Shown here one piece after another: positions 20,017 through 34,060 of a stretch of 64,000 nucleotides of DNA. The stretch is from the NCBI GenBank assembly GCA_040751775.1, contig JBFMGD010000002.1:22731-86730 (forward strand). Reading direction: 5' to 3'. The stretch comes from Bacillota bacterium. GTDB taxonomy: Bacteria; Bacillota; Dethiobacteria; DTU022. Position numbers and translations under genes: made by a program. Numbering within the stretch: the first letter of the stretch is position 1; each line of letters begins with the position of its first letter. The notes beneath the pieces are model-generated. The model searched no databases. It was not told the DNA's origin and worked only from the letters and a program-made list of their open reading frames with translations.

Positions 20017-20061
20017 GACTATAGGTTCAGCGCTGATAATCCGGCGAAAGGAGCGATTTCT

Positions 20062-23000
20062 TTGTTGGATGTAAATAATTTTGATGCTCTAAAAATTGGC
20101 CTCGCTTCATCGGAGCAGATTCGGGCCTGGTCACGGGGAGAAGTGAAAAAGCCGGAAACAATAAACTACCGCACGCTTAAACCGGAGCGGGAGGGTCTTT
20201 TTTGCGAAAAAATATTTGGGCCGCAAAAAGACTGGGAGTGCCATTGCGGTAAATACAAACGGGTCCGTTATCGGGGCATTGTTTGCGACCGCTGCGGTGT
20301 GGAAGTGACCCGGGCTAAAGTGCGCCGTGAACGAATGGGACACATCGAGCTGGCCGCGCCTGTTTCGCACATCTGGTATTTTAAGGGTATACCGAGCCGT
20401 ATGGGCTTGCTTCTGGATATGTCTCCGCGCGCTCTCGAAAAGGTGCTCTATTTCGCCGCATACGTGGTTATCGATGCCGGAGAAACCTATTTAAGCAAAA
20501 AACAGCTGCTTACTGAACCGGAATACAGGGAATACCGTGAAAAATACGACGCTCTGTTTAAAGCGGGCAAAGGATTTAAGGCGGAAATGGGCGCTGAAGC
20601 GGTGAAAAAACTGCTGCAGGAAATTGAGCTTGAAGAGCTGGCTGTCGAACTCAGGGCGGAGTTGAAAAGTTCCAGCGGCCAGAAAAGGATTCGCGCGATC
20701 CGGCGCCTCGAAGTGGTGGAAGCTTTTCGCCAGTCGGGTAATGATCCGTCCTGGATGGTGCTGGATGTAATTCCGGTGATTCCGCCGGACCTGCGCCCCA
20801 TGGTTCAACTGGACGGAGGGCGCTTTGCTACTTCGGACTTAAATGATCTGTACCGCCGGGTGATCAACCGGAACAACCGCCTCAAAAGGCTGTTGGACTT
20901 GGGCGCGCCCGATATCATCGTCCGTAATGAGAAACGGATGCTGCAAGAGGCTGTCGACGCATTGATCGACAACGGCCGGCGCGGCCGTCCCGTAACCGGA
21001 CCGGGCAATCGCCCGTTAAAATCGTTGAGCGATATGCTTAAGGGTAAACAGGGGCGCTTCCGGCAGAACTTGCTCGGCAAACGGGTCGATTATTCAGGGC
21101 GCTCCGTGATCGTGGTTGGCCCTGAGTTAAAGCTGTATCAATGCGGTCTGCCAAAAGAGATGGCGCTGGAGCTGTTTAAGCCGTTTGTGATGAAGCGTCT
21201 GGTCAACGACGGCTTGGCGCACAATATTAAAAGTGCCAAGCGGATGGTAGAGAAAGTTCGCCCGGAGGTTTGGGACGTGTTGGAAGAGGTGATCAAAGAT
21301 CATCCGGTTCTTCTCAACCGAGCCCCTACGCTCCACCGGCTTGGCATTCAGGCTTTTGAGCCGGTCCTGGTGGAAGGCCGGGCTATTCAGATTCACCCGC
21401 TTGTTTGCTCCGCCTATAATGCCGATTTTGACGGTGACCAGATGGCGGTGCATGTTCCTCTCTCCGCCGAGGCGCAGGCTGAATCTCGCTTGCTGATGCT
21501 TTCAGCCCAGAACATTTTGAACCCGAAAGACGGCCGGCCGGTGGCTACGCCGAGCCAGGACATGGTTTTAGGGTGTTATTATCTGACCCTGGAAAAAGAG
21601 GGCGCCAAGGGAGAAGGGCGTGTTTTTGTAGATCCCGAGGAAGCGGTTACCGCATATCACATGGGTTACCTCGATATTCACGCCCGTATTCTGATCAAAG
21701 CCTCCGGATTTAAGGGGCGTGATTTCGCGCGGCGTAAGAAATACCTGCTCACCACAGCGGGAAAGGTAATCTTTAACGAGGTCTTTCCAAACGATTTCCC
21801 CTATACTAATAATGCTGATTTTGAAGAGCAGCTGGCGGAAAGCAACTTTATTCCGCTAAAGGGACTTGACCCGAAAAAAGTACTGCAGGAGGTGCCGCGC
21901 AACCGTCCGACCAAAAAAGATTTCCTCGCTGAATTGATCGCTCGCTGTTACCGCCGCTACGGCAGTACCCGTACCGCTGAAATTCTCGATCAGATCAAAA
22001 AGCTGGGCTTTCATTACGCCACCAAGGCCGGCGTTACCGTGGGAGTCATCGACATCGTGGTTCCGCCCGAAAAGAAGGAGATCTTAAAAAAGGCGGAAGA
22101 GAAGGTTGAAGCAATTGAAACGCAGTTCAGGCGCGGCCTGATTACGGAGAAAGAGCGTTACGACCGGGTGATTGAACTCTGGAGTAACGCCAAGGATGAA
22201 GTAACCAAGGCGCTGATGGGCGGCTTGGATGAACTGAACCCGATTTTCATGATGGCTCACTCGGGCGCCCGTGGTAACGAGTCCCAAATTACCCAGCTTG
22301 CCGGGATGCGCGGTCTGATGGCCGACCCGACAGGGCGAATTATCGACTTGCCGATTAAAGCGAACTTCCGGGAAGGGTTGACCGTGCTCGAATACTTCAT
22401 CTCCACGCACGGCGCGCGTAAAGGATTGGCGGATACCGCTTTGAAAACTGCCGACTCGGGTTATCTCACTCGCCGCTTGGTCGATGTGGTGCAAGATGTG
22501 ATTGTCCGGGAGGAAGACTGCGGTACCGGTCAGAGTATCGGGTTAAGTGAACACCTCGAAAACGACAACAGCCTGGAGGAAGCGGCTGACCGGATCATCG
22601 GTCGCTTCGCCCTGGATCCGGTTTACCATCCGGAAACGGGTGAAATCCTGGTCGACGCTGACCAGATTATCGACGAAGACACCGCCGCACGGATCGTCAA
22701 GCTGGGCATTACGGAAGTGCGCTTCCGTTCGGTATTTACCTGTAAAACCAGGCATGGTGTTTGCGTTAAATGCTATGGCCGGAACCTGGCTACAGGCAAG
22801 ATCGTCGACGTCGGCGAATCGGTCGGTATTATCGCCGCTCAATCGATCGGTGAACCGGGGACCCAGTTAACCATGCGTACCTTTCATACCGGAGGTGTGG
22901 CCGGTGACGATATCACCCAGGGATTACCGAGGGTGGAAGAACTTTTTGAAGCCCGCAAACCCAAGGGCCAGTCCTTGATTACAGAAATCTCCGGTGTGAT

Positions 23001-23739
23001 TGAGATCATGGAGACCCGCTACAAGCGTGAAATAAAAGTTGAATCTGAACACGGCGAAGTACGGGTTTATCCAATCCCTTATGGAGCGCGGATCAAAGTG
23101 AATGACGGCCAGTCGATCAGTGCCGGGGATGAGCTGACTGAAGGCTCGATTAACCCGCATGAACTGTTGAAAGTAAAAGGCGTGCGCGGTGTGCAGCTCT
23201 ATCTGCTCCAGGAAGTGCAGTGGGTTTACCGGATGCAAGGCGTCGATATCAACGATAAGCATATCGAAATCATTATCCGCCAGATGTTGAAAAAAGTGAA
23301 AGTTGAAGAGCCGGGGGATACAGACCTGCTTCCGGGCGGCGTGATCGACAATCACCTTTTTGAAGAGCTTAACGCACAGGTGACCGCCGAAGGAGGCCGG
23401 CCGGCCTTGGCCCGCCCCTTGTTGTTGGGTATTACCAAGGCTTCTCTGGCCACGGATTCTTTCCTTTCCGCTGCTTCATTCCAGGAAACCACGCGCGTTT
23501 TAACTGAAGCGTCGATCAAAGGCAAGCAAGATATGCTGTTGGGGTTAAAAGAAAATGTGATCATCGGCAAGCTGATACCGGCCGGTACCGGGATGACCCG
23601 TTACCGCAACATCAAGGTTTTCACCAAGAGTGAAGAACTCCCTGATCTGCCGGAGACGGCCGTGTTAGCTGAATCGGCCGAGTCAGACCCGGATATGGTT
23701 ACAGTGGATGAAGGAATGAAGACGATTGTGGAAAGCTAA
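20062..23739 (+). CDS. rpoC: DNA-directed RNA polymerase subunit beta'
   Basis: [38 protein letters not shown], zinc-binding CHCGKYK...[21 protein letters not shown] catalytic motif. TTG start follows AAAGGAG. Confidence 0.95.
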   Translation: MLDVNNFDALKIGLASSEQIRAWSRGEVKKPETINYRTLKPEREGLFCEKIFGPQKDWECHCGKYKRVRYRGIVCDRCGVEVTRAKVRRERMGHIELAAPVSHIWYFKGIPSRMGLLLDMSPRALEKVLYFAAYVVIDAGETYLSKKQLLTEPEYREYREKYDALFKAGKGFKAEMGAEAVKKLLQEIELEELAVELRAELKSSSGQKRIRAIRRLEVVEAFRQSGNDPSWMVLDVIPVIPPDLRPMVQLDGGRFATSDLNDLYRRVINRNNRLKRLLDLGAPDIIVRNEKRMLQEAVDALIDNGRRGRPVTGPGNRPLKSLSDMLKGKQGRFRQNLLGKRVDYSGRSVIVVGPELKLYQCGLPKEMALELFKPFVMKRLVNDGLAHNIKSAKRMVEKVRPEVWDVLEEVIKDHPVLLNRAPTLHRLGIQAFEPVLVEGRAIQIHPLVCSAYNADFDGDQMAVHVPLSAEAQAESRLLMLSAQNILNPKDGRPVATPSQDMVLGCYYLTLEKEGAKGEGRVFVDPEEAVTAYHMGYLDIHARILIKASGFKGRDFARRKKYLLTTAGKVIFNEVFPNDFPYTNNADFEEQLAESNFIPLKGLDPKKVLQEVPRNRPTKKDFLAELIARCYRRYGSTRTAEILDQIKKLGFHYATKAGVTVGVIDIVVPPEKKEILKKAEEKVEAIETQFRRGLITEKERYDRVIELWSNAKDEVTKALMGGLDELNPIFMMAHSGARGNESQITQLAGMRGLMADPTGRIIDLPIKANFREGLTVLEYFISTHGARKGLADTALKTADSGYLTRRLVDVVQDVIVREEDCGTGQSIGLSEHLENDNSLEEAADRIIGRFALDPVYHPETGEILVDADQIIDEDTAARIVKLGITEVRFRSVFTCKTRHGVCVKCYGRNLATGKIVDVGESVGIIAAQSIGEPGTQLTMRTFHTGGVAGDDITQGLPRVEELFEARKPKGQSLITEISGVIEIMETRYKREIKVESEHGEVRVYPIPYGARIKVNDGQSISAGDELTEGSINPHELLKVKGVRGVQLYLLQEVQWVYRMQGVDINDKHIEIIIRQMLKKVKVEEPGDTDLLPGGVIDNHLFEELNAQVTAEGGRPALARPLLLGITKASLATDSFLSAASFQETTRVLTEASIKGKQDMLLGLKENVIIGKLIPAGTGMTRYRNIKVFTKSEELPDLPETAVLAESAESDPDMVTVDEGMKTIVES

Positions 23740-23856
23740 TCAAAACTGCACTGAAGATAGATAGATTAAAATTAAATTGACAATCAGAAAAGCCGGTGGT
23801 AAAATCATGTAGTGCGCCTGGAAGGCCTGGAGATAGTGGTCGGACGGGCAGGAAAG

Positions 23857-24117
23857 GTGACCGGTTCTGTGTTGGAACAGCTAAAGGACGCCCGCCAAAA
23901 GGTGGTCGGGACGAAACAAACTTTGAAGGCCCTGGAAAAGGGCGAAGCCTTGGCCGTGTTTATAGCCGGTGATGCAGATCCAAAAGTGAGCGGCCCGGTG
24001 ATTGCTCTCTGTGAAACCAGGGGAGTTGCTCTGCACTATGTTGACAGTATGTTGGAATTGGGTAAATTATGTGGGATTAAGGTAAAGGCAGCGACCGCTG
24101 CCATCCTGGAACTATAA
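23857..24117 (+). CDS. ybxF: Ribosome-associated L7Ae-family protein (YbxF/RplGB-like)
   Basis: L7Ae/L30e fold motifs ([29 protein letters not shown]...[16 protein letters not shown]). Its position between rpoC and rpsL is conserved in Firmicutes. Start is uncertain (GTG 23857 or 23869). Confidence 0.75.
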   Translation: MTGSVLEQLKDARQKVVGTKQTLKALEKGEALAVFIAGDADPKVSGPVIALCETRGVALHYVDSMLELGKLCGIKVKAATAAILEL

Positions 24118-24130
24118 AGGAGGTGGGCTG

Positions 24131-24508
24131 GTGCCGACATTGAACCAGCTGGTCCGCAAAGGCCGTGAAAAGCAGTCCAAAAAGTCTACCGCTCCCGCAT
24201 TGCAGAGCTCGCCACAAAAAAGAGGCGTTTGTACCCGGGTTTCAACGACGACGCCAAAGAAGCCGAACTCGGCTTTGCGTAAAATTGCCAGAGTTCGCCT
24301 GACCAACGGTATTGAGGTTACGGCATACATCCCCGGCATTGGACATAACCTGCAGGAGCACTCCGTGGTCCTGGTCAGGGGAGGTCGTGTCAAGGATTTA
24401 CCGGGTGTGCGCTATCACTTGGTGCGGGGTACGCTGGATGCCGCGGGAGTGGATAAACGGGCTCAGGGCCGTTCCAAGTATGGAACAAAGAAACCAAAAA
24501 AAAGCTAG
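24131..24508 (+). CDS. rpsL: 30S ribosomal protein S12
   Basis: [13 protein letters not shown]...[10 protein letters not shown] canonical. GTG start after AAGGAGGTG. Confidence 0.95.
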   Translation: MPTLNQLVRKGREKQSKKSTAPALQSSPQKRGVCTRVSTTTPKKPNSALRKIARVRLTNGIEVTAYIPGIGHNLQEHSVVLVRGGRVKDLPGVRYHLVRGTLDAAGVDKRAQGRSKYGTKKPKKS

Positions 24509-24529
24509 TTAAAGGGATTTAAGGAGTGA

Positions 24530-25009
<480 letters not shown>

Positions 25010-25114
25010 GCAAGAGGCAGGAAGCTGCAAGATAGAAGTAAGAAAAACAAAATAGGTTTTTATGTTTCTCTTGCCTCCAGTATCTTGTATCTTGTAACGA
25101 AAGGAGGGAAAAAG

Positions 25115-27211
25115 ATGAGTCAGCAGGAAAATATGAGCCAGCATTTACCGCTAGATAAGGTTCGGAATATCGGCATAGCCGCTCATATCGATGCCGGGAA
25201 AACCACCACCACGGAGCGAATTCTTTTCTATACTGGAAAACTGCACAAACTGGGTGAGGTTCATGAAGGTACCGCCGTGATGGATTGGATGGCCCAGGAG
25301 CAGGAGCGCGGTATTACCATTACCTCGGCGGCTACCACCTGCTTATGGCATGACTGCCGGATTAACATTATCGACACGCCAGGGCACGTGGACTTTACCG
25401 TTGAAGTAGAAAGGTCGATGCGTGTGCTGGATGGTGTGATCGCTATTTTTTGCGCCAAAGGCGGGGTGGAGCCTCAATCCGAAACCGTTTGGCGCCAGGC
25501 CGACCGTTACCACGTGCCCCGCATCGCTTACGTGAACAAGATGGATATTGTCGGGGCCGACTTCTTCAGTGTGATTCGCCAACTACAGGATAAACTGCAT
25601 GCCCGGGCGCTGCCGCTGCAGATCCCAATCGGCACGGAGAGTAATTTTACCGGTGTGGTCGACCTGATCGAGGGTAAAGCCTATATTTACCAGAGTGGAT
25701 TGGGAACCAGCAGTATCGAAACCGAAATCCCCGAAGCCTTGCGTGAGAAGGCCGCCGATTATCGTGAACGGATTTTGGAAACCGCGGCCGAGCATGACGA
25801 CGCACTTATGGAAAAATATTTTAACGGCCAGGAAATTAGTCCCGATGAATGCCGGCGGGCCTTGCGTATAGCTACCATTCACCATGGACTGGTGCCGGTG
25901 TTATGCGGTTCTTCATATAAGAATAAGGGCGTGCAACCGCTGCTGGATGCTGTTGTTCATTATCTTCCCTCCCCCACCGATGTCGGTGCGGTTAAGGGAT
26001 ACAGCTTGCATACGGGTAAGGAAGATTTTCGACTTCCCTCCGACGATGCTCCGTTCGCCGCCCTGGTTTTTAAAATCATGGTGGATCCTTTTGTGGGCAA
26101 GCTTGCATTTGCCCGGGTTTATTCGGGACAACTGAAAAGCGGTTCGGTGGTCATGAATGCGGCTCGCCAGAAGAAACAGCGGATCGGCCGTTTCCTGAGG
26201 ATGCATGCCAATTTCCGCGAAGATGTTAAGGAAGCATCCACCGGCGATATCCTGGCGCTGGTCGGCCCCAAAGAGATCAGCACCGGTGACACTCTCTGCG
26301 AACTGAGCAACCCGATTATCCTTGAATCGATCCAGTTCCCCGAACCGGTTATATCTGTAGCAATCGAACCGAAAACGAAGGCAGACCAGGATAAGATGGG
26401 CGTTTCTCTACAGCATCTGTCGGAAGAAGATCCTACTTTTCATACCTACACCGATCAGGAGACCGGGCAGACCATTATCTCCGGTATGGGTGAACTGCAC
26501 CTGGAGATTATCGTCGATCGCTTGTTACGCGAGTTTAAGGTTCAGGCCAACGTTGGGAAACCGCAGGTTGCTTATAAAGAAACGATTCAATCTGAAGTAC
26601 GGGTGGAAGGTAAATTTATTCGTCAATCCGGTGGGCGTGGTCAATACGGCCATGTCTGGCTTGAGATTTCGCCGACGGAACCGGGCCAGGGGTTTGTTTT
26701 TAACAATGCGATCGTCGGCGGCGCTGTCCCCAAGGAATATATCCCGGCTGTGGAAAGCGGCGTCAAAGAGGCCATGTTTAACGGCGTTCTGGCCGGTTAC
26801 CCGGTGGTGGACGTTCAGGTAAAATTGGTGGACGGCACTTATCATGAAGTCGATTCCTCAGAACTGGCTTTTCGTATTGCCGCCTCCCAGGCTCTTAAAA
26901 ATGGCCTGTCCAAGGCTAAACCGCTTCTCCTGGAACCGGTGATGAAGGTAGAGATTACCGTCCCTGAAGAGTACCTGGGTGATGTGATCGGCGATTTTAC
27001 CGGCCGGCGGGGCCGTATTCTGGGCACCGAAATTAAATCAGGGGTCCAGGTTATCCGCGGTTCCGCCCCTCTGTCCGACATGTTCGGTTATGCTACGGAG
27101 CTGCGCTCCCGTACCCAGGGTCGAGGGGTTTATAATATGGAGTTTTACCGTTATGAAGAAGTACCCCAGGGCATTGCCCAAAAAATAATCACTCAGAGTG
27201 TGGCGTATTAA
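25115..27211 (+). CDS. fusA: Elongation factor G
   Basis: [22 protein letters not shown]-domain and all EF-G domains. ATG 25115 lies 6 nt after AAGGAGGG; the track's extension from 25085 is rejected. Confidence 0.95.
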   Translation: MSQQENMSQHLPLDKVRNIGIAAHIDAGKTTTTERILFYTGKLHKLGEVHEGTAVMDWMAQEQERGITITSAATTCLWHDCRINIIDTPGHVDFTVEVERSMRVLDGVIAIFCAKGGVEPQSETVWRQADRYHVPRIAYVNKMDIVGADFFSVIRQLQDKLHARALPLQIPIGTESNFTGVVDLIEGKAYIYQSGLGTSSIETEIPEALREKAADYRERILETAAEHDDALMEKYFNGQEISPDECRRALRIATIHHGLVPVLCGSSYKNKGVQPLLDAVVHYLPSPTDVGAVKGYSLHTGKEDFRLPSDDAPFAALVFKIMVDPFVGKLAFARVYSGQLKSGSVVMNAARQKKQRIGRFLRMHANFREDVKEASTGDILALVGPKEISTGDTLCELSNPIILESIQFPEPVISVAIEPKTKADQDKMGVSLQHLSEEDPTFHTYTDQETGQTIISGMGELHLEIIVDRLLREFKVQANVGKPQVAYKETIQSEVRVEGKFIRQSGGRGQYGHVWLEISPTEPGQGFVFNNAIVGGAVPKEYIPAVESGVKEAMFNGVLAGYPVVDVQVKLVDGTYHEVDSSELAFRIAASQALKNGLSKAKPLLLEPVMKVEITVPEEYLGDVIGDFTGRRGRILGTEIKSGVQVIRGSAPLSDMFGYATELRSRTQGRGVYNMEFYRYEEVPQGIAQKIITQSVAY

Positions 27212-27231
27212 ATCAGGAGGTGTTATGCGAA

Positions 27232-28434
27232 GTGGCGAAGAAGAAATTTGAGCGGACGAAGCCTCACGTTAACGTGGGGACCATTGGTCATGTGGACCAC
27301 GGCAAGACGACGCTGACGGCGGCGATCACGTATTGTTTATCGAGTGCGGGTTTTGCTCAGAAGACATCATTTGACGAGATTGACAAAGCGCCGGAAGAGC
27401 GGGAGCGCGGGATCACCATTGCGACGGCGCACGTGGAGTATGAGACGGAGAACCGGCACTACGCGCATGTAGACTGCCCGGGTCATGCCGACTACGTCAA
27501 GAACATGATTACCGGCGCGGCTCAGATGGACGGGGCGGTGTTGGTGGTATCGGCGGCTGACGGGCCGATGCCGCAGACGCGGGAGCATATTGTGCTGGCT
27601 CGCCAGGTAGGTGTGCCCTACATTGTAGTATTCTTAAACAAAGCGGATATGGTTGACGATGAAGAGCTATTGGAACTGGTTGAAATGGAAGTGCGCGATC
27701 TCTTATCGGAATATGAATTCCCCGGGGATGACACCCCGGTTGTGACCGGTTCGGCCTTGAAAGCGCTTGAATGCGGTTGCGGCTCCCGGGAATGCGCAGC
27801 CTGCAGCAAGATCTGGGAGTTAATGGACGCGATTGACAGCTACATTCCGCTGCCGGAGCGTGAGAAAGACAAACCGTTCTTGATGCCGATTGAAGACGTA
27901 TTCTCAATTACCGGCCGGGGCACCGTTGTAACGGGCCGTGTTGAGCGGGGCACGATCAAGGTTAGCGATGAAGTTGAGATTGTTGGTTTCCAGGAGCGGT
28001 CGCGTAAAGTGGTGGCCACGGGAGTGGAAATGTTCCGGAAACTCTTGGACCAGGCGGAAGCCGGGGATAACATTGGGGTATTGCTGCGTGGTGTGGATCG
28101 GGATTCGGTTGAGCGGGGCCAGGTGCTGGCGAAGCCGGGTTCGATCAACCCGCATACGCGGTTTACAGCCAAAGTGTATGTTTTAAAGAAAGAAGAAGGC
28201 GGGCGGCACACGCCGTTTTTCCAGGGCTACCGGCCGCAGTTCTACTTCCGCACTACTGACGTAACCGGCAGGATGGAGCTGCCCGAGGGTGTGGAGATGG
28301 TGATGCCGGGTGATAATATCAATATGGAAATTGAGTTGATTACACCGATCGCCACTGAAGAGGGCTTGCGCTTCGCGATCCGTGAAGGCGGCCGCACCGT
28401 CGGCGCCGGCGTCGTCACCGGGGTGGTCAAGTAA
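27232..28434 (+). CDS. tuf: Elongation factor Tu (copy 2, at the canonical str-operon position)
   Basis: Identical in protein and nucleotide sequence to copy 1, including the antisense ORFs in the track. GTG start after AGGAGGTG. Confidence 0.95.
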   Translation: MAKKKFERTKPHVNVGTIGHVDHGKTTLTAAITYCLSSAGFAQKTSFDEIDKAPEERERGITIATAHVEYETENRHYAHVDCPGHADYVKNMITGAAQMDGAVLVVSAADGPMPQTREHIVLARQVGVPYIVVFLNKADMVDDEELLELVEMEVRDLLSEYEFPGDDTPVVTGSALKALECGCGSRECAACSKIWELMDAIDSYIPLPEREKDKPFLMPIEDVFSITGRGTVVTGRVERGTIKVSDEVEIVGFQERSRKVVATGVEMFRKLLDQAEAGDNIGVLLRGVDRDSVERGQVLAKPGSINPHTRFTAKVYVLKKEEGGRHTPFFQGYRPQFYFRTTDVTGRMELPEGVEMVMPGDNINMEIELITPIATEEGLRFAIREGGRTVGAGVVTGVVK

Positions 28435-28486
28435 CAATTTATGTTGACCCAAGACATTGAAAACGTTTGTGCGATGAAGTAAAAGG

Positions 28487-28515
28487 TTGCCGGGCCGGCC
28501 CGGGTAATTTTTACG
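28487..28515 (+). terminator. Terminator-like GC palindrome after tuf copy 2 / within the S10 leader
   Basis: CCGGGCCGGCCCGG palindrome followed by GTAATTTTTA. Confidence 0.4.
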
Positions 28516-28558
28516 GAGCATGTCTGTTTCAATCAGGCGAAAAGGAGGCACTTAACCC

Positions 28559-28867
28559 ATGGCCAACCAAAAAATCCGTATCAGGCTGAGAGCTTTTGAT
28601 CACCAGTTACTCGACCAATCCGCCGGGAAAATCGTGGAGACGGCGCGCCGAACAGGTGCCGAGGTTTCCGGACCCGTTCCGCTGCCCACGGAGAGAAATC
28701 TGTATACGGTGATTCGAGCTCCTCACAAGTACAAAGACTCGCGGGAACAGTTCGAAATTCGCACTCATAAGCGTTTGATCGATATCTTGGAACCTACACC
28801 GAAAACCATCGACGCTCTGATGCGGTTGGATCTCCCCGCCGGGGTCGATATTGAAATTAAGCTGTAG
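28559..28867 (+). CDS. rpsJ: 30S ribosomal protein S10
   Basis: Canonical S10, 102 aa. Confidence 0.95.
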   Translation: MANQKIRIRLRAFDHQLLDQSAGKIVETARRTGAEVSGPVPLPTERNLYTVIRAPHKYKDSREQFEIRTHKRLIDILEPTPKTIDALMRLDLPAGVDIEIKL

Positions 28868-28895
28868 GCTCTCGGAGCAGGAGGTGTAAAAGCGA

Positions 28896-29522
28896 ATGAC
28901 AAAGGCACTGTTGGCCCGAAAAGTAGGAATGACCCAGGTTTATGACGAACAGGGGCGGGCGATTCCGGTCACTGTTTTACAAGCCGGCCCGTGTTATGTA
29001 GCCCAGGTTAAGAACAGCGCTAAAGACGGCTATACCAGTATTCAGATTGGCTACGGTGAAACGAAAGAACACCGGGTTAACCGGCCTCTTAAAGGTCATT
29101 ACCACAAGCTGAAAGTACAGTTATGCCGCTATTTGCGCGAGTTTAAGGTAGCTGACCCGTCCGCTTTTAAGACAGGTCAGGAGCTGCGGGCGGATCTGTT
29201 TGCCCCGGGTGACAGCGTGGATGTCAGCGCTGTTTCAAGGGGTAAAGGATTTGCCGGTTCCATCAAGCGGCTCGGTTTTAGCCGGGGGCCTGAAACCCAC
29301 GGTTCACACTACCACCGCGGGCCCGGTTCGCTCGGTTCCATCACAGCCAACCGGGTATTTAAAGGCCGTCCTCTACCGGGCCGGATGGGCGGGCAAAGGC
29401 GCACTGTGCAAAACTTAAGTGTAGTAAAAGCGGATGGCGAAAAAAATATTCTGCTGGTACGCGGTTCGATCCCCGGGCCCCAGGGCGGCCTGGTGGAGAT
29501 TAAAGAGAGTGTCAAACGTTAG
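28896..29522 (+). CDS. rplC: 50S ribosomal protein L3
   Basis: Canonical L3. Confidence 0.95.
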   Translation: MTKALLARKVGMTQVYDEQGRAIPVTVLQAGPCYVAQVKNSAKDGYTSIQIGYGETKEHRVNRPLKGHYHKLKVQLCRYLREFKVADPSAFKTGQELRADLFAPGDSVDVSAVSRGKGFAGSIKRLGFSRGPETHGSHYHRGPGSLGSITANRVFKGRPLPGRMGGQRRTVQNLSVVKADGEKNILLVRGSIPGPQGGLVEIKESVKR

Positions 29523-29557
29523 CTTAGATGGCGCTTTAGAAAGGAGATGCCCTGATC

Positions 29558-30184
29558 ATGCCAAGTTTAGTTTTATATAATCGAAACGGGGAACAGGTGG
29601 GCGAGATGGAGGTCCAGGATAAATTGTTCGCCGCGCCAATGAAAAAGGGAGCCCTCTACCATACAGCTGTATCTCAGGCGGCCCGGCAGCGTCAAGGCAA
29701 CGCCGCCAGCAGGGACCGCGGCGAGGTTAGAGGGGGAGGAGCCAAACCGTGGGCCCAGAAAGGCACCGGACGGGCTCGCCACGGCAGCAGCCGCTCTCCA
29801 ATCTGGGTGGGAGGCGGTACCGTCTTCGGGCCGCACCCGCGCGATTATGGGTACACTGTACCCAGAAAAATGCGCCGGGCGGCGCTATGCTCTATTCTTA
29901 GCGCCAAGGTGCAAGAAGGCAAATTGCTGGTCATTGACGACTTTGCCATCAGCGAGCCGAAAACCAAGGCACTGGTCCAGGTCTTAAGCAACCTGAATGC
30001 TCTGGAGAGCACCCTGATCGTCACCGCAGCGCCGGATCACGACGTGATTAAGTCAGCCCGGAACCTGCCGCGGGTTAAAACGACCGCAGCCCGGCAGATC
30101 AATGTGCTGGACCTCTTGAGCTATGACCATCTGGTTATGACCAGGGACGCTCTGGAAGCCGTGCAGGAGGTGTTCGGAGAATGA
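29558..30184 (+). CDS. rplD: 50S ribosomal protein L4
   Basis: Canonical L4. Confidence 0.95.
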   Translation: MPSLVLYNRNGEQVGEMEVQDKLFAAPMKKGALYHTAVSQAARQRQGNAASRDRGEVRGGGAKPWAQKGTGRARHGSSRSPIWVGGGTVFGPHPRDYGYTVPRKMRRAALCSILSAKVQEGKLLVIDDFAISEPKTKALVQVLSNLNALESTLIVTAAPDHDVIKSARNLPRVKTTAARQINVLDLLSYDHLVMTRDALEAVQEVFGE

Positions 30185-30474
30185 GAGATGCCCGGGATAT
30201 TATTATTCGCCCGTTGGTTAGTGAGAAGACAACGGATATGATGGAACAAAACAAGTATACTTTCGTGGTAGCCCGCGACGCCAACAAGATTGAAATCAAG
30301 GATGCGTTGGAAGAGATATTTGACGTGAAAATTAAAGCGGTTAACACGGCCAATTTTATGGGAAAGAAAAAACGCCTGGGCAAATACCCGGCAGGATTTC
30401 AACCCCGCTGGAAGAAAGCCGTTGTCACTTTAACCGAAGACAGTAAGACGATCGAACTTTTTGAAGGTCGTTAG
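30181..30474 (+). CDS. rplW: 50S ribosomal protein L23
   Basis: Canonical L23; start overlaps the rplD stop. Confidence 0.95.
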   Translation: MRDARDIIIRPLVSEKTTDMMEQNKYTFVVARDANKIEIKDALEEIFDVKIKAVNTANFMGKKKRLGKYPAGFQPRWKKAVVTLTEDSKTIELFEGR

Positions 30475-30496
30475 CGAGGGAGGAACAAAAGAGTAA

Positions 30497-31327
30497 ATGG
30501 CTGTTAAAAGATACAAACCGACATCGCCGGCGCGGCGTTTCCTAACCGTATTGACCTTTGATGAGATTACCAAGACGGAACCGGAAAAATCACTGCTGGC
30601 GCCGTTAAAAAGCAAATCCGGACGCAATGCGTACGGCCGGGTTACTGTCCGACACCGGGGCGGCGGTCACAAGCGTCAATACAGGCTGATTGATTTTAAA
30701 CGCGACAAGGACCAGATTCCGGCCAGGGTGGCCGGCATTGAATACGATCCGAACCGTTCGGCCAATATTGCTTTACTGCACTATGCCGACGGGGAAAAAC
30801 GGTATATTCTCTCTCCCCTCGGGTTGCAGGTGGGACAAACGATTATGTCCGGACCGAAGGCTGAAATTAGGCCCGGCAATGCCATGCTGTTGAAGTCTAT
30901 CCCCGTGGGAACTTTTGTGCATAATGTTGAATTAAAAGAAGGCCATGGTGGCCAGTTGGCCCGTTCCGCCGGTTCGGCCGCCCAGCTGGTGGCCAAGGAA
31001 GGCCGCTTCGGACATTTGCGTCTGCCCTCCGGTGAAGTGCGGCTGGTGTTGTTGGACTGCCGTGCGACAATCGGCCAAATCGGTAACCTTGAGCATGAAA
31101 ATATTACCATCGGCAAAGCCGGCCGTAAACGCTGGATGGGACGCCGGCCGACTGTACGCGGTTCCGTGATGAACCCTGTAGATCACCCGCACGGCGGGGG
31201 CGAAGGGAAAGCGCCGATCGGCTTGAAAGGACCGGTAACCCCCTGGGGTAAGCCGACCCTCGGTTATAAGACCCGCAAGAAGAAAAAAGCGTCGGATCAG
31301 CTCATTGTGCGCCGGCGCGGCAAGTAG
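30497..31327 (+). CDS. rplB: 50S ribosomal protein L2
   Basis: Canonical L2, 276 aa. Confidence 0.95.
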   Translation: MAVKRYKPTSPARRFLTVLTFDEITKTEPEKSLLAPLKSKSGRNAYGRVTVRHRGGGHKRQYRLIDFKRDKDQIPARVAGIEYDPNRSANIALLHYADGEKRYILSPLGLQVGQTIMSGPKAEIRPGNAMLLKSIPVGTFVHNVELKEGHGGQLARSAGSAAQLVAKEGRFGHLRLPSGEVRLVLLDCRATIGQIGNLEHENITIGKAGRKRWMGRRPTVRGSVMNPVDHPHGGGEGKAPIGLKGPVTPWGKPTLGYKTRKKKKASDQLIVRRRGK

Positions 31328-31389
31328 CTTGCAAGTGACAGATAAGAGGGTAGAAACAAGAAAGAAGAGGAATCAAGGGAGGTTCTTGG

Positions 31390-31674
31390 ATGTCCCGATC
31401 ATTAAAAAAAGGGCCGTATGTTGAAGACAGTCTCATGGTAAAGATTCAACGGATGAATGAAAAAGGTGAAAAGAAGGTCATCAAGACCTGGTCCCGGCGT
31501 TCCACCATTTTCCCGGAGATGGTAGGTCACACGATCGCAGTACACGACGGACGCAAGCATATCCCCGTCTATATCAGTGAAGATATGGTGGGGCACAAAC
31601 TGGGCGAATTTGCCCCGACCCGTACTTTCCGGGGACACGGGCATCATACCGAGCGCTCTACCTCTTTGAAGTAG
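31390..31674 (+). CDS. rpsS: 30S ribosomal protein S19
   Basis: [19 protein letters not shown] canonical. Confidence 0.95.
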   Translation: MSRSLKKGPYVEDSLMVKIQRMNEKGEKKVIKTWSRRSTIFPEMVGHTIAVHDGRKHIPVYISEDMVGHKLGEFAPTRTFRGHGHHTERSTSLK

Positions 31675-31695
31675 GGCAGAGGAGGCATCTAACAG

Positions 31696-32037
31696 ATGGA
31701 AGCAAAGGCACATGCCCGCTTTGTGCGGATACCGCCACGTAAGGCCAGGGCGGTGGTTGACCTGATTCGTAGAAAAAACGTGGACGAAGCGCTGAGCATT
31801 TTGCGTTATACTCCCAACCGCGCGGCCGAGATAGTGGCCAAGGTTGTTCAATCAGCCGCGGCCAATGCCGAGAACAACCTCGAGATGAACAGGGTTGGGT
31901 TATATGTAGATCAGATATTTGTTGACGAGGGGCCCACCTATAAACGGGTTCAACCCCGGGCCAGAGGGCGGCGCTTCTTGATTCGCAAACGATCCAGTCA
32001 TATTACCGTTGTCGTCAAGGAGAGAAAGGGGGTTTAG
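31696..32037 (+). CDS. rplV: 50S ribosomal protein L22
   Basis: Canonical L22. Confidence 0.95.
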   Translation: MEAKAHARFVRIPPRKARAVVDLIRRKNVDEALSILRYTPNRAAEIVAKVVQSAAANAENNLEMNRVGLYVDQIFVDEGPTYKRVQPRARGRRFLIRKRSSHITVVVKERKGV

Positions 32038-32039
32038 TT

Positions 32040-32720
32040 ATGGGACAAAAAGTAAGCCCGATCGGGTTTCGCATCGGTGTAATCCGGGATTGGGACGCGC
32101 GTTGGTATGCTGACAAAAACTACACGGAACTGCTGCACGAAGATCTGCAGATTCGTGGTTATCTAGAAAAAACTTTATCCACCGCCGGTTTGTCCCGGGT
32201 TGAGATCGAACGGGCGGCCAACAATCTAAGAATCAACATCCATACCGCCAAGCCCGGCATGGTTATAGGCCGCGGCGGCACCGGAGTGGAAAACCTGCGC
32301 AAGCAGTTGGAAAAACAAACCGGCAAAAAGGTCCACCTGAATATTATTGAAATCAAGGTGCCTGAATTGGATGCTTTCCTTGTCGCCGAGAGTGTCGCCT
32401 CGCAGCTGATCCGGCGGATCGCCTTTCGCCGGGCGATGAAGCAGGCAGTATTTCGCACCATGCGGGCCGGCGCCAAAGGAGTTCGCATTTCCTGCAAGGG
32501 CCGCCTGGGCGGCACGGAGATGGCGCGCAGTGAAAGCTACCTCGAAGGGACGGTGCCGCTGCAAACTTTGCGGGCCGACATTGATTTCGGCAAGACCGAG
32601 GCCCATACCACCTACGGGCGTATCGGGATCAAGGTATGGATTTATAAAGGCGAGGTACTGCCTTCCAGGCCGGCCGGACGCGGGCGTAAGGAGGAGGTAA
32701 ACCAGGATGTTAATGCCTAA
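32040..32720 (+). CDS. rpsC: 30S ribosomal protein S3
   Basis: [28 protein letters not shown] canonical, with KH domain. Confidence 0.95.
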   Translation: MGQKVSPIGFRIGVIRDWDARWYADKNYTELLHEDLQIRGYLEKTLSTAGLSRVEIERAANNLRINIHTAKPGMVIGRGGTGVENLRKQLEKQTGKKVHLNIIEIKVPELDAFLVAESVASQLIRRIAFRRAMKQAVFRTMRAGAKGVRISCKGRLGGTEMARSESYLEGTVPLQTLRADIDFGKTEAHTTYGRIGIKVWIYKGEVLPSRPAGRGRKEEVNQDVNA

Positions 32721-33135
32721 AAGGGTTAAATACCGCCGGCAGCATCGCGGTCATATGCGCGGGCAAGCCAAAGGCGGTACGGATATTCAGTTTGGTGATT
32801 TCGGTATGCAAGCCCTGGAACCGGCTTGGATAACCAGCCAGCAGATTGAAGCCGCCCGGATTGCCATGACCCGGTATATCAAGCGGGGCGGTAAGGTCTG
32901 GATTAGAATCTTTCCCGATAAACCGGTGACGGAAAAACCGGCTGAAACAAGGATGGGTAAGGGGAAAGGCTCACCGGAATACTGGGTAGCCGTGGTGAAG
33001 CCGGGTCGGGTGATGTTTGAACTGGCCGGTGTGAATGAAGACACGGCTAAGGAGGCCATTCGACTGGCGGCAAATAAGCTGCCAATCCGCATTAAGTTTA
33101 TTAAAAGAGCTGAAGCAGGTGGTGTTGCTGAATGA
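32707..33135 (+). CDS. rplP: 50S ribosomal protein L16
   Basis: [19 protein letters not shown] canonical. Confidence 0.95.
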   Translation: MLMPKRVKYRRQHRGHMRGQAKGGTDIQFGDFGMQALEPAWITSQQIEAARIAMTRYIKRGGKVWIRIFPDKPVTEKPAETRMGKGKGSPEYWVAVVKPGRVMFELAGVNEDTAKEAIRLAANKLPIRIKFIKRAEAGGVAE

Positions 33136-33323
33136 AGGTGAAAGAAATCCGTGAGTTAAGCAATGATGAACTGAAAGACAGGATGAAAGAGCTCAAAGAA
33201 GAGCTTTTCAACCTTCGCTTCCAGTTGGCCACCGGGCAGTTGGAAAACGCGATGCGTATTAAAGAGGTCCGCCACGGTATCGCCCGGGTTAAAACCGTGC
33301 TCAGGGAACGGGCCCTTAGCTAA
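33132..33323 (+). CDS. rpmC: 50S ribosomal protein L29
   Basis: [31 protein letters not shown] canonical. Confidence 0.95.
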   Translation: MKVKEIRELSNDELKDRMKELKEELFNLRFQLATGQLENAMRIKEVRHGIARVKTVLRERALS

Positions 33324-33351
33324 ATGTAACTGAAGGGAGGCCCACAGTTTT

Positions 33352-33609
33352 TTGGAAACAGGAAAACGCAAGGTCCGCACTGGCCGGGTGGTCAGTGACA
33401 AGATGGATAAAACCAGGGTTATCGCCGTGGAAAGAATGACCCGTCATCCGCTTTACGGGAAAACCATTCGCCGCACTAAAAAATATAAGTTTCATGATGA
33501 AGCGAACGAATCCCGGGTGGGTGATCTGGTTAAAATTATGGAAACCAGGCCGTTGAGCAAGGATAAACATTGGCGTTTGGTGGAAATTATGGAACGGTCG
33601 CAGCTGTAG
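33352..33609 (+). CDS. rpsQ: 30S ribosomal protein S17
   Basis: [23 protein letters not shown] canonical. Confidence 0.93.
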   Translation: METGKRKVRTGRVVSDKMDKTRVIAVERMTRHPLYGKTIRRTKKYKFHDEANESRVGDLVKIMETRPLSKDKHWRLVEIMERSQL

Positions 33610-33666
33610 ATTCTCTCCCGCGTGGTGCATTTTCACGCATCAGGAGGGGAAAGGAGAGAGACACGG

Positions 33667-34035
33667 ATGATTCAAAATGAAACCATCTTAAATGTAGCCG
33701 ATAATTCCGGTGCGAAAAAGGTTTTATGCATCAGGATTTTAGGAGGCTCCAGGCGTAGAGCCGGTCATGTCGGTGACATTATTATCGCCTCGGTTAAAGA
33801 GGCGACACCCGGCGGGGTAGTAAAAAAAGGTGAAGTGGTCCGGGCGGTGATCGTTCGCACACGGAGCCGCATGAACCGCAGGGACGGTTCGCACATCCAT
33901 TTTGACGATAATGCAGCCGTGATCATCAACGAACAGAATAATCCCAGGGGTACCCGGATTTTCGGGCCCGTGGCACGGGAGTTGCGGGAGAAAGAGTTTA
34001 TGAAGATAGTATCCCTTGCTCCCGAAGTGATCTAA
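33667..34035 (+). CDS. rplN: 50S ribosomal protein L14
   Basis: [18 protein letters not shown] canonical. ATG 33667 follows GGAGAGAG; the track's N-terminal extension is rejected. Confidence 0.95.
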   Translation: MIQNETILNVADNSGAKKVLCIRILGGSRRRAGHVGDIIIASVKEATPGGVVKKGEVVRAVIVRTRSRMNRRDGSHIHFDDNAAVIINEQNNPRGTRIFGPVARELREKEFMKIVSLAPEVI

Positions 34036-34060
34036 CAGGCTGAAGGAGGTAGCAAGCTCG

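Noticed and set aside
16255-23570. Numerous antisense or out-of-frame ORFs of 60-200 aa inside rpoB and rpoC (e.g. 18504..19037-, 18694..19281-, 17865..18407-, 22084..22494-, 22924..23355-)
   Set aside because: They lie entirely within strongly conserved RpoB/RpoC coding sequence in a GC-rich genome where long spurious antisense ORFs are expected. They have no RBS and no recognisable family.
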